Of a DNA stretch of 64,000 nt, positions 13,760 through 30,257 are shown piece by piece. This DNA is from the human T2T-CHM13v2.0 reference genome, Homo sapiens. A program made the translations under genes and the position numbers. The stretch lies in the NCBI RefSeq assembly GCF_009914755.1, contig NC_060933.1; one strand, given 5' to 3'. The notes beneath the pieces are model-generated. The model had not been told where the DNA came from, did no database searches, and saw only the letters and a list, made by a program, of their open reading frames with translations. The first letter of the stretch is position 1; each line of letters begins with the position of its first letter.

Positions 13760-16700
13760 AGGCCTCTCTCTGAAGGTCATCCCTGGCAGTGGTGGCTGTG
13801 CCTGGGACCCTCTTGCTTTCCCTGGGGGCCTCCCGGAGGAACAGCTCTATGGTGTTTCCGACCAATCCCCTTTCTTTGGGTCTTGCTGGTTATAAAATGG
13901 GAATATTCATTTCAAGTGCCGAGCCAATGCATATTCTTTTCCCACCATCATAAAAGACTTGCTTCCTAATGACAATAACCTTCATTGCAGGCCGTCGATT
14001 GTCATCTCTGTTTGTTTTTCCACTCCACCTTCTCAGCTCCTGTGCCACCTCCCACCCCACGTCTTGTTGACTTCATGTTTATCCTTCACTCACTCAACAA
14101 GCACATGTGTCCTTAGTGATGCCCCTGCAGCCCCTGTCCCATCTGGCACTGTGTCATTCAGGTGTTCCCGCCTCCCCGGACACCTCCTTCGGCCCCCTCT
14201 CCTGGGTGTTCTGGACAACTGCGGCCACGTGTCTGCTTTGCTCCAACTCTGAGTGGTCTCAGGCAGGTCCTTGCCCCTCTGAGTTTCAGTTTTATTTATA
14301 ATGTAGAGAAACGGAGAACTTGTTTCATAAATGATCCTCACCAATTCCACGTGGTGGCCCAGAGGGCTGTGTTGAGAAGGACTCTGAGGAGCAGCCCAAA
14401 ATTGACAGGAGGGAGGGCTGACCAGCAACGTGTGTTGTGAGAACAGGAGGGAAGGGGGCCAGGTGGACACTGGCTCTTTGCTGTCCTTGGACTGGATGGT
14501 GCTTCAGCACCTGCATCTCTCCGCCTCTTCACACCTGTCCCGCTTTACATCCTCCGTGTGGGAGACGTCACACCCACCTTCAGTTTAGAGCTGGGGCCGC
14601 TCTGTTCCCCAGGGCCGCAGCTGCGGGGCAGAGCTGGTTGTCAACTGCGTGTGAGGGTGGAATCGAAGGGGTCCTCTGTGCTGGAGGACCCCGTCCTGGA
14701 GAAGCAAAAGGCTGAGTCGCTGAGTTTTCGGGTCTTGGCTCCCTGCCCATGGCCCCTTTTCCCAAGTAGAGACCCCAGTGGTCCTGGGAGCCGCCCTGCA
14801 GAAGCCCTGCCATGACCTGGCATCCTCCGCAGGTGAGGGAGCCGGCCTTCCACCTGGAGGGGGCAGAGGGCAAAGGCTGCAGAGCCTCCGCCGCGTCAGC
14901 CGCTGGTTGAACGGTCCAGGCGTGCGCGCATCCCTCGCAGCCGTCGACACACAAACAGGCTGGTCTGACGGGACAACTCTCCACTGAGTTCAAGCTCAAC
15001 AGGCTCAGATGAGACCCACAGACCATTATGTGTTTACATCTGGAACTTTCTTTTTCCTGCATGTGGCCCCCTTCCTGCACAAAAGGTTGGTCTTCTTCAT
15101 CTCCCAAAATCCATACGGCTTGGCATAGGATAGAAGCACAGACAATGATTTCTGCGATTGATTTATTTTCCCTTGTAACTAAATGCTGAAGTGACAGTAA
15201 TATAAGCCAGCCCTAGGGGATCTAATTCAGTGTCCTGATTGATAGGACAGCAAACTTGGTCTTGCTCTTCATCTCAGGGAGCCCAGACTCCCCGTGGACA
15301 AGGGGCCGAGAGGTTTGTGCAGCCTTCTCTGCCTTGTTTCACGCCGGCCAGTGGCTGGTCTAGGAGGGATCCTTCCCCCACCCCCCACCCCAAGTCTATT
15401 TCAGACCCACCTCCTGCTGACTCTGCTCCATCGAGAAGAGCTATAAATCAGCCTTCCTTCTGGGGTGATTATAAAAATCACTCTATTAGCAGTTGACTCA
15501 CAGTCTAAAAATGTGCTCATGGCATAGTTGTGGCCACTGAGCCTGGTTCGGTGGGACAGGCCCCAAGCCCCAGCCCGCGCCTTTCTGCAGGAGGACTTCC
15601 CTTTCCAAGCACGCGCGCTGCCGCCAGAGCCTTCCGGCCGACCCGCCGCGGTGCCCTTCCTAGCGACGGCCTGTGATGTTCCTTAGCCACGGGGCTTGGC
15701 CCAGACCCGCTAGAGGGGGAACGAGGGAGGAAGCCATCTGGGGAGGAATCAGAGTTCAGACGAGAAAGGAAATTGCCCTGAGATGATTGAAATGGCAAGG
15801 AGAAGGGAGAACCTGGCCAGTCCAGCTGAACAAGCGGATGTGGGGTCGGGGGTGGCCTGGGGTCCCTGTCCTGGCTTTGGGTCTCCCTTGTACCCATGTA
15901 GTACTAGTACTACTACTACTCAGTGACCAGCTCTGCTGACACTGGGGTCCGGCGGAGTCTGAGGGACTGGAGGGAGGCTGCCTTGTCTTCTTCCACCTCC
16001 CTGGGTGCCAGCTGGGTGGGGCAGGCATGGAAAGCCCTCTGCAGATGTGCAGGTCCCCCAGGAACAGAATGGGGGTTCTAGGTGAGTGTGACCGGGGGCT
16101 TCCATGTAACCCCACTACAGTGACCTGAAAACAGGACCAGTAACCCCAGATCAACCGCCAGCCACACCCTGGGCACCATCTCCCCCAGAAGTCCTTTGGT
16201 GCCCCAGGGCCAGCACCTGCTAAGGTGAGAATTGGGACCACCTGTGCCCATGTCCCTCAGCCATGCTTGCCCTGGCTTGTAGCTCCCCAGGACAGGGCTG
16301 GGCCTTTGCCTCGGGTGGGGTCCCTGCAGCTGGCTCCGTACTGCTGGCCACACCTCAGGACTTGGTGAGCCTTTGAACACTAAGTTCTGAGCTCAGGGGG
16401 CTCAGCATTTTAGACTTTGGTTTTGCTGACACTCCTGACCAAGTGCACTTTCCCCTCTGCAGAGCCAGACTGTGGCTTTTCCCTTTTGGGCAGTGGAAGG
16501 GGCGGGCCAGAGGCTGGGTCAGGGTAGTGGAGAGAAGAGCCCCAACCAGCTGTGGCCCGTGATGCAGTGCCTGGGGCTGACCCGGGGCTCCAGCTCAGCC
16601 TGGGCCTCAGCCGCGTCAGATCCCCACCAGGCCTCCTCCTGGGTCCCAAGGGGCTTCCCTGCTGTCGGCAGTACCAGCAGCTGCAGTTTGATTTGGGGCA

Positions 16701-19494
16701 GAAGTCAGGGTGGGCTGTGTCCAGAGAGTCACCCTGAGTGGCCTGTAGGCACAGCATTGCTCGGAGATGGCGCTCACCCAACCTTCATGCAGCAGGCACT
16801 TCTTGAGTGCCCAGCATGTGCCAGGCCTGGCGCGGCCCGGCTGGCCCAGTGCGAGTGTGGACCAGCCCTCCTTGTTGGGACAGGCAGGCTGGGGAGAGGA
16901 GAGCAGGGGCCCGAGGCCGGCATTCTGCACTTTCCATCCCCTCCTCCTGGGCTCCCCGCTTCCTGGGAGGTCCGGGCAGGAAGCCGGGCAGAGCCCACCC
17001 CCATGCTCTCAGACTTTTGACAAGTGCTCCCCTTGATGCCAGGCTGTGACGGTGAAGACGCCACTCCCAGCAAAGTCAGAGTGATCTTCTTCCTGCCTCC
17101 CCAGGTTCTCCAGCCCCTCAGTGCTCCCTGGGGAATAGCAGCTCATCAGGGGTGCCGTCCAATCCCCAATGGGGTTTCCTGTGCGGCTCTGGAGGGCTCT
17201 GGTTCCCTCGGTCTCCAGAGAAACATGTGAGGACAGCGATGGTTTTGCAGTTTCTGGCGCCGCCCGCAACACAACTCCAGGTTAATAAGAAGAGAAAGCC
17301 TCTCCTTTCACTTTCTTGCCGAATGCCTTTCCGGGCAAAGAGAAGGGGAGGAAGAGGAAGGCTGGGGAGGGGGAATTCATTTCCCAGCAGGGGATGGGGG
17401 CTGTCAGCCCTCGGGGGGCCTGGGTGGGTCTGAGGGAGACACAGAGCCTGGGAGTCCTGCAGGCCTGGCGGAGTGAGCAGGGGGGTGTGGGGGCTGGGAA
17501 GGTGGGGAGACAGGAAGGCACTTCAGGGGACCCAGGTGGGCCGATGCCCTGTGGATGGAGGGCACTCCGGAGGCCCAGCAAACAGAAAGCCAGAGATGGA
17601 CAATGCTGGGAGGCGGGCGTCTAGGGTGTCAGGATCTCTAGGCTGCCAGGACGTAGAGGAGCTATGAGCGGCACAGCCCGCTGGGGTTGGTGGGAGGTGG
17701 CTCCGCAGGGGCCTGTCACTTGGGCTTGAGAGAGATTTGGGTTCCAGACTGCCTTGACTGTGACCTTGCCCTGGGGGTCAGTGCCTCATCCGAGAGATGG
17801 ACTGACTCCCCCTGCTCTGCGCTCGTCACCTGCTGGGAGGCTCAGGTGAGACGGTTTGGGTGACAGCAGCTCGGGTGCTGAGGTGTCCAGTTCTGCAGGA
17901 CTGAGGAAGCGCCGCTGTTGTGGACGCCGCACCTGCCTTGGGCACTGTCTGTGTAGAGCGCTGCCCAGGCGGAGCCCTGGACTGACAGGGCCCCCCTTGC
18001 TCTCCTACCCATCCAGACCAGCAAACAAGCCCTAAGGTGGACAAGTGCCACAGCGACTCAAGGGCACCTCCATCGTGGTCCACACAGTGAGCCTTGCCCC
18101 CATCTATGCCATGGCAGGCATCACCAGCCCCTCCCTGCACTCACAGCATTGGCCTCCTCCCTGCTAGGCTCTGCAGCCAGCCATGGAGGCTCCACCCCCA
18201 GGCTTGCAAGGCGACCTCCGCTGGCTGTCCTGGCTGGGCCCTCCATGGCCTGGGCTCTGCGGGCCAAGCACGAGCTGACCTCTGTCTCCTGAGGACAAGC
18301 GTGCTGGGTGGGGATCAGAGGAAGATCGCCTGAGAAGGCAGAGGAGGTCTCACTGGGGCATCTGGGGACCAGACGCGGGAGGCTGAGCTCATCCACATGC
18401 TGGGCCAGCCGCTCTCCCCAAGGCCCTGGAGACAGTCTGAGCCCAGCCAGGGTGGGGCTAGAATCATCCAGATAAGCCCAAAGGCTCAGTGGTCCACAGA
18501 TGATGGGTCCAGCCATGCAGAGTGGCTGGTGGCTGTGCCAGGTCCTGGGTTCGTGGATACTCTGGGCACAGGAAGCCTGGGAGATCTCAGGGAGGCCCCT
18601 GAGGATAGCGAGGTGGGTGGAGGGCATCATAGCATCCCAGCACCCATCCTACGCTGTGTGACCTTGGGCAGCTCGCTTGCCGTCTCTGGGCGGCTGTTTC
18701 CCCATTTCTGAGTCTATCGTGTTCCTCAGTGGTCACTGTCTCAGTGGATGCTGCCTTCTAGGCCAGCAGTTGTTAAAACCGCACAGCTGCAGGGACGGCT
18801 GAGGGAACAGGACCCAGTGATATGGAAACATGTGGGAAGGCATTGCAGGAAGTCATGGAAAGAGCACAGGAATTTTCTCTGAGCCACAGAGCTGGGCAGA
18901 GGGGGCAGGGCATTTTGAGAACCTTTGATAAATTACTTACCATGTTCTGGAAGGAAGGCTCTTAGAGCCAGCTGGGGCTGCAGGGGAAAGCTGACCCATG
19001 TGTTTCCCCATGGGAATGGGAGACCCACAGGAGGGTAGGGACTTGTCGAGGGTCCCAGGATGTTGGCTCCGATTGGGAGGCCCTAATTCCAAAAAGTAAA
19101 GGGCAGGGTTCTCTCCGAACCCGCCTGCCACCTGCAGGACTGTCTCTGGGACATGCTCCTCCCTGAAAGGAGTCTGGGCTCACAGGGAAAGGTCAGGAGT
19201 TGGTCATTGGACTGTGGCTGATTGGGGGCTTCCTGGAGCACCCACTGCATGCCAGCCCTGTGTCGGGGGCGGGGGGGAGCCCAGGAGCAAGCCCAGCAGT
19301 GTCTGAGCTCTATGGGGGCCCTGCCCACCCATCGGAAATGGTAGGTGACCTCATCCTGTCAGGTACCTGGTACAGGGCCTGGGGTGGAGGCTTCAGCATG
19401 TCTCGGGGACCCACAGAACCGCCTTGCTGCAGGCACTGTCTACTGAGCTCTCACCTCTCACTGCCTCTCTGAGTCCATTCAATAGATCAGGCAC

Positions 19495-19785
19495 GGCAGG
19501 GCATGGTGGCTCACGCCTGTAATCCCAGCACTTTGGGAGGTCGAGGCGGGCAGCTCACCTGAGGTCAGGATTTCGAGACCGCCCTGGCCAACATGGTGAA
19601 ACCCCACCTCTACTAAAAATATAAAAATCAGCTGGGTGTGGTGGTGGGCGCCTATAATCCCAGTTACTCAGGAGGCTGCCACAGGAGAATCGCTTGAACC
19701 TGGGAGGCGAAGGTTGCTGTACGTGGAGATCGCACCACTGCACTCCAGCCTGGGTGACAGAGCAAGACTCCATCTCAAACAAACA
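19495..19785 (+). mobile_element. AluS
   Basis: Full Alu dimer. Confidence 0.95.
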
Positions 19786-20699
19786 ACCCCTGAAAACACC
19801 AAATCAGGTAGCTTTTATGGCTGCTTCTCCCAGATGAGCAGATGGAGACCCACAGGGGCAGCTTCCACCTCTCCAGTTTCCATGGCGAGTGAGGGGCACC
19901 GCAGATTCAAAGCCAGGGCTGCCTGAGCCCACAGCCGCTTCTCCCTACCAGTGGGCTCTGTGCCCCACTCCTGCCAAACCCTCAGGGGTGCCTTGGGCTG
20001 GACTTGGGCAGGGACCTCTCGTCAGGGACCTCTCGTCAGCGGTGGCTGGGAGATGCAAGGGAAAGCCTTCCAGCTCAGCTGGGTGTGGAGTCAACAGCGT
20101 GTCCAACACTGCAACATCAGCCCTGTGCCTGTGGACTGCAGCCCAGATGGCCTGGCTCTTTCTATACATTCTGTGTCTGCCTGAGATATGCGCTCTGCAA
20201 GGAAACAGATTTGCTCAAGAATGCTCAGGGCCCTGGAATCCCCAGTGAGGAGATGTTCTAATGCAGCAGGAAGCGAGCAGGCTGGGCCGTGGCCGCACGC
20301 ACCATGATGAAGAGGCCGGGACCCTGGCAGCTGGCTTTGTGGGATAGACACTGGCTCGCAGATGTGCGCTGGAGACAGCAGGGGCCTCGGTGTGGAAACA
20401 GTAGGTGTGTCAGAGGGTGGACGCTTCCTCCTTTTCTCATCCCATAGCCAGGTTGCTTCTAGGCCGTCACACTGGGAGTGCTCAGCCGCCATATGCAATC
20501 AGGTCCCTGGCATGTTTTCTGTCTTTCCTGTGTTCATTTCTTCCTGGGAACAGGTTGCTGCTTTGTGGGGTGAGGGTGATGGTTGACGAATCCTCTGTGG
20601 GAATTGCAAGAGCATGCAGGGAAGGTGAAAGCTGCTTTGCATGGTCCCCGGGGTGTGACTCCTCTGGCCCAGTAAGCATGGCAGATGCACTCACCTAAG

Positions 20700-22410
<1,711 letters not shown>

Positions 22411-22649
22411 CAATGCATTTTTTTTAAGTAGTCAGGTGTATTTGTGTGGCTTGATTTCTGGGTTTCCTCCTGTTTCACTGATCTGTGGGTATCGTTTCGC
22501 CATCATGTGGTCTGTGGCTTTATAGTGTCTTGCAATTGGGCAGCAGGAGTCCTCCTGGGTCTGGGGAGGTTGGAGCTGTTTCTGGGTGCCCTGAGCACGT
22601 GGTGCATGGAGAGGCACAGCACGGGACTTCTGTGTGCAGGCTCTGGGGC

Positions 22650-22724
22650 CAGAATGCCCCAAACACACCTTCACAGAATGCCCCAAACACACCACCTTCA
22701 CAGAATGCCCCAAACACAGCTTCA
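22650..22724. repeat. Short tandem repeat, 3 x 24-27 bp (CAGAATGCCCCAAACACACCTTCA)
   Basis: Visible triplication. Confidence 0.9.
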
Positions 22725-22729
22725 CCTCC

Positions 22730-23211
<482 letters not shown>

Positions 23212-23599
23212 TCAGCCATGATCGGTTCCTGCGGGCAGTTGAAGGCTTGGACAATGAATGGCAGCCTCCAGCCCTGCTTCATCCAAGCCACTTATGAAAG
23301 GCCCTGGCCACTGAGTGGAGAATTCAGAGGTGCTTGCCCACCAGGTATACGTGGAGGGCAGCTTCATCCTTGCCCACGTTTGCGTGTGGTCTGGCATCAA
23401 TCGTCCTGGTTGGCTCCTGAAATTATTGAAGGTGGAGGCAGAGAAGAAACCATGGGCCATGGGGTCAGATGTGCCCAGGGCTGGACTCGAAGCTGTCCTA
23501 GCTCTGTGACTGCACTCCGAGATGAGGGAGAGGGTTGTTCCGTGTTGTGTGTGTGCCTCATGCCCTTGGAGGCTGGCTTGGGGATGCTGCAGAACATAA

Positions 23600-24375
23600 A
23601 AATCACATGGAGACATCATGAGGTGCCCACCCCATGGATAAAAATTAAAATATTTATCTATAGCAGGTGTTGGCAAGAAGACAAAGCCATGGGAAAACAT
23701 ATCCTCACTGGGAGGAGTGGACATGCAGAAGGGTCCGGTCTGACCTGGGAAAGCCAAGGCCATGGCTGCCCACAAGGCAGGGCCTCCACTCCAGGAACGT
23801 CCCCCTCCTGTGGAAGCCCAAGCTTGGGTGCACCTGGAGGTAGGGATGGAGGCTCATAGGAGCTTTGCCAGAACCCAAATGCCCATCCAGAGAAACAGGG
23901 TTGAAGCGTGGTAGATTGATGCAATGAAACACCGTGCAACAAAAAAACCCGAAACCCACAAAATCCTCCAAGCACACACATACACCAATAAACCAAACCC
24001 AGGGAACAACACAGATCAACCTAGAAACATAATATTGAGAGAGAAAAAAGGCCAGACATGAAAGAGTTCTTACTGTATGTTTCCATTTATATAACATTCA
24101 AACACAGACGAAACTACATTGTTAGGGCAGCATAATTAGATAGTAAAACTCAGAAGAAAAAGCAGGAAGCGCTTACCATAAGAGTCAAGGTGGTGGTTAT
24201 CTCCGGAAGGGGAGGAGGCCCTGCTCAGGCGGCCGGGAGCTCAGGATGTCCGAGACGAGGGCGTCTGGGTGTGGGCCATTGCCTATTTCTTGACCTGAGT
24301 GGTGGATACACGGATGTTTGCTTTATAACAATGTACATACTCTATTGTATATTATATTTCACAATTAAAATAATT
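23600..24375 (+). mobile_element. Old L1ME-type 3' end
   Basis: cccaaatgcccatc, tactgtatgtttccatttatata, tttcttgacctgagtggtggatacac. Confidence 0.7.
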
Positions 24376-24379
24376 TTCA

Positions 24380-24670
24380 GGTCAGGTGTGATGGCTCATT
24401 TATAATTCCAACACTTTGGGAGGCTGAGGTGAGCGGATCACCTGAGGTCAGGAGTTTGAGACCAGCCTGGCTAATATGGCGAAACCCGTCTCTACTAAAA
24501 ATACAAAAATTAGCCAGTCATGGTGGCGTGTGCCTGTAATCCCAGCTACCTGGGAGGCTGAGGCAGAAGAATCGCTGGAACCAAGAGGCGGAGGCTGCAG
24601 TGAGCTGAGATTGTGCCACTGCACTCCAGCCTGGGTGACAGAGCAAGACTCCATCTCAAAAAAAAAAAAA
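24380..24670 (+). mobile_element. AluS
   Basis: Full dimer with poly-A. Confidence 0.95.
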
Positions 24671-25039
24671 GTTTTTTTTTTTTTTTTAAATTAAGATATA
24701 TGGCAGAGCTGAGGCAAGTTTAGTGCCCTTGAAAAAAATATCCTAGAAAATAATAAAAGGAGGTCCCTAGTGCGGCAGAAAGGGCACCCTCTTTGGAACA
24801 AGAAAGAAGTGGGTTTGATCCCTGGCACCGCTCCTTACTATAATGCATATAATGCCTTGGGCAAGACATGAAACCTTTCAGAATCTTATTAACCAACCCA
24901 TAAAATAAGAAAAATAGAAAAGGTACCCAGAAGGGCAGCTGAAAAGATTGTCTCTTGCCCGGTGCCTGGCACGGATTAAACCTTAACAAGTGGCATCTGT
25001 GATTGCTGGTGTTGACATCATGGCCAATGTCTCGGGCCA

Positions 25040-25300
25040 CTAGATCCAAAGATGGCACCATCAGTTCACTCCCCCCGACGCATTGATGCCACCTCCCTAC
25101 TGAGAGGTAGATTTTATTGCTCCTCCCCTTGAATCTGAGTGCACTGACCAATAAAATGCAGCAGAAGCAAGGTCTAAGAACTTCTGAGGTCTTGCTGAAG
25201 ATCAGACTGGAGGGCTTCCTGGGACATCAGCCACCCAGACTTGGTCCCTGGCTCCTCCACAGCCAGGTTACAGAGGAGACATGGCACCCTGGCTCGTGGG
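25040..25300 (+). mobile_element. MLT1-type LTR fragment
   Basis: cctccccttgaatctgag...tgaccaataaaatgcagcagaag. Confidence 0.55.
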
Positions 25301-26429
25301 GTGCTGGAGGCTCACCGTCAGGTGCCTCCGGAAGGCTGGAGAAGGTGCATCGAGAAACAAACCAGGGTGTGTCTTGCTAATAGGAATAGGAAAGGCTCTG
25401 CTGAATGTGAATGCTTCAGCTGGACATGTTATTAACCCAATTAGTTTAACAAGTATTTACTGGGCACAAGCTCCGGGCAAGGGTCAACCCCTGTCCCTTG
25501 CAGAATTCGCACCCTATGGAAGAATGCAGGTAAGCTCCGGAGTCATGAGTTAAGGTTGGCTCTTACTCCAGGTCTACGAGGAAAGTGGGAGGTGGAGCTG
25601 CACTTCCCAGCACTGTCCTCAGAACCCCATCCATGAGAGGGGCAGAGGGACCAGGCCAGGGCGGTCTTGCTGCTTTTAAGTCACAGCAGGACACCTTGAC
25701 ATTTGTCAGCCTGTGAAGGAGTCAGGATGAACCCCATCCTACCAGCCTGAGCCCACCACTCACACATGAAGTCTGATTCCTTGCCATGTAAATTGGAATA
25801 ATCTTTCCAGAAGAAAATTTGGCACACATTCCTAAACTTAGAGTGCTCACACCATATCCAGCAGCTCCACTGGTAGGGATTCACCCTGCTGACATCCTCC
25901 CACTCACATCCCAAGATGCCTGCATGGCCATGTTCACTGCAGTATTGTTTATAACAGAAAATCCCGCACTCTCTCTGAATATTCGGTCAGTCAGGACCTG
26001 CTTAAGTCATGTTTTGTTCCTCTCCAGAATGAAATCCTAAGCAGCTGGAAAGAAAAAATGAGCTAATACTCTCAGCTCATGGGTAGAAACACTCCATTTC
26101 CTAAAGATGTCATCTGTCCTCACTTAATCTATTCATTCAATACAATTCCAATACAATCTAAAATACATTTGTGTTTGCTTTTAGTGACACTTGATCAGCC
26201 AACTCTACAGGGTGTATTATTGAGCAAGGAGAGGGCTGGAACATTAGCAAGGCAATTTTGAAGGGTGAGGTATGGTCACTTGTACCTTAAACTATCAAGT
26301 CTTTAAAAGCTAGATCAAAAAAATGTAGATTGGTGCAGAGGGATCAGATGGACAGAAGCCCAGGAGACCCAGTTGTACAGGGAGACTGGTGTGGCAGAGG
26401 ACTGGGCTGTGGCGGGAAAGCACAAATGA

Positions 26430-26785
<356 letters not shown>

Positions 26786-26890
26786 ACACTGGGTTTCTAC
26801 ACCACATTGCTCACAAAAGGTATATGCCAGGTGGATGAAAGGCCTAGGTGAGATAAGCACAATTTTAACACTTCTATAAGAGAAGGAAGG

Positions 26891-27401
26891 TGTGGTGATT
26901 AATTCGAATGTGTCAACTTGACTGGGCCACGGGGTGCCCAGATGTTTGACTAAACATTGAATCTGGGTTTGTCTGTGAGGGTGTTTCTGGAAGACATTGA
27001 CTTTCGAATCAGTGGACTGAGCAAAGCTCACTCTCCCCATTATGGGTGGGCACCATCCAATCCATTGAGGGTTTGAGTAGAACAACGAGGCCAAGGAAGA
27101 AGTAGTTACTTTCTCTGCCAGCCTGGGACATTGGTCTTCTCCAGCCCTTGGACTAGAGCTGATACCATTGGTATTCCTGATTATCAGGACTTTGCACTCC
27201 AACCAGAACGACGCCACCAGCTTTCTGGGGTCTCCAGCTTGCAGATGGTGGGACTTCTCCACCTCCATAATTGTGTGAGTCAATTTCTTATAATCTCTCT
27301 CTGTGTGTCCATATATAGATATGGGTATTGATATAAATATGGAATATAGATAGGTATATTTCCTATGGGTTCTGTTTCTCTGGAGAACCCCAACTCATAC
27401 A
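26891..27401 (+). mobile_element. MLT2 solo LTR (ERVL)
   Basis: tgtggtgattaatt...gtgtcaacttgactggg...ttctgtttctctggagaaccc..ctcataca; perfect 5-bp TSD gaagg. Confidence 0.92.
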
Positions 27402-27888
27402 GAAGGAGATGACCTTTGTGATTCCAGTGTAGGGAAAGATTTCTTAACAAGACACAAGATGTACAGACAATGAAAAGTTTCATAAAGTCCTTTCTATTGA
27501 AATTTAAAACCTGTGATTGTCAAGAAATACCATACACAAAAAGAAAAGGCAAGGCACAGAGCAGTAGAAGGTATTTTCAACATGTGTGCAATAACGGATT
27601 AATATCCAAAATGCATAAATGATTTTAATAAATCAACAAGAAAAAGATCTCACCCTCTTAAAAATGCAGAAGAATGGGCAAAAGATAGGAACAGAAAATT
27701 CACAGTGGAAGACATCAAAATGGGCAAAAAAGAGAGAAATCCCATGGAAAGGAGCTCGATCTTACTATGAGGTTGAACCTTATGAAATTATCACTTTCAG
27801 CCACTCAACACAGTTGAATGCTGGTGCTTTCATACAGTTCCATCCTAGAGCTCAGGGAAGTCTGAGCTAGAACACAGTGAGCCATGAT

Positions 27889-28208
27889 CTCATACCCATC
27901 CGAGTGTCCTCATACCCATCCTAGTGTCCTCACACCCGTCCGAGTGTCCTCACACCCATCCGAGTGTCCTCATACCTGCCCGAGTGTCCTCACACTCATC
28001 TGAGTGTCCTCATACCCATCTGAGTGTCCTCACACCCATCCAAGTGTCCTCATACCTGCCCGAGTGTCCTCACACCCATCTGAGTGTCCTCACACCCATC
28101 CGAGTGTCCTCATACTCATCCCAGTGTCCTCATACCCATCCGAGTGTCCTCATACCCATCTGAGTGTCCTCACACCCATCCGAGTGTCCTCATTCCCATT
28201 CAAGTGTC
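27889..28208. repeat. Minisatellite, 20-bp unit CTCAYACCCATCCGAGTGTC, 16 copies
   Basis: Visible tandem array inside L1M sequence. Confidence 0.97.
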
Positions 28209-28476
28209 AAAGGTTTAAGCCTGACAATACCATTTGCTGGTGAAGTGTGGCACAGCAGGGACTTATAGATCCTGACAGAGACGCTGATGGATGACAATGA
28301 CTCACCAACTTGGTGAACAGTTTGGTGGCATCTTGTCAAGTTACAGAAGCACATATCCAACTCTTACACATTGCTGGGGAATGCAAAATAGTGCAGCTGC
28401 TGTGGGAAGCAGGGGCTCCAACAACGCAACATAAAGTTAGCGATTCCACTCCTGCAATGAAAACTTACATTCACTC

Positions 28477-29490
<1,014 letters not shown>

Positions 29491-30257
29491 GAATAGTACA
29501 TTTTAAATAGGTGACTTGCATGGCCTATAAATTATATCTCAAGAAAGCCGTTAAAAAAAAAAACCGAACAACAGCAACCAAAAGAAGTTCAGCTTCCCTC
29601 TATTCCATCACTGACCGTGGGCATTGAGCCACTCCCGTGTGCTCACCAGGAGCCAAGCCTCAGAAGGCAGCTGCAACAGAGTCTGACCATGGAAATCCAG
29701 AAACGACCCACGGCCAGGACCGCGAATGAAGAAATGAACATGGCATCCCCTGTGGAATACCGTTAAGCAGCGAAATGCAAAGAGCTGGCACCGTGCAGAC
29801 CCGCATGCATACTCTTAGCGCAGAGCTCGAGAAGTTTTAGAGCACCCGCTAGATTTGCACAGAGTTTAACAGCTACGGATAACTGCTGACAGATCCTGGC
29901 TTGGTGGGTCCCTCTTCCCTTTCCTAGGGTCCTCCTGACCTTCACGCCAGGCCTCTGGGCCCCTTGGCCACCTTGGGGCCAGCTCTGGCTTCTCCATAAC
30001 TTCTTAACGACAGGCTTTGCCCAACCAGCATGTGTGTGTCTGGCAATTTCCCGCTCAGAAGCCGTGTGGAATTAAGGAGTCTGATTGGGGAAGTCTGAGA
30101 GCTGCCTGCCAGCTCTGAGAAGGGGAACAAATGTATGTGCTTTGCAGTGATGGCCAATTTTCCAACAAGAAAATCACAGCATTTCAGATTTTTTTTTTTT
30201 TTTAACTCTGAGGGACTTTAAAAAGAGAGGCTAGAGAAAGAAAGATGCTAAGCCGTA

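Noticed and set aside
12948-13969. 258-323 aa ORFs in five frames
   Set aside because: Produced by the stop-free 14-bp repeat; no evidence of coding function
20009-20039. 14-bp direct duplication (cagggacctctcgt x2)
   Set aside because: Simple slippage duplication with no further structure
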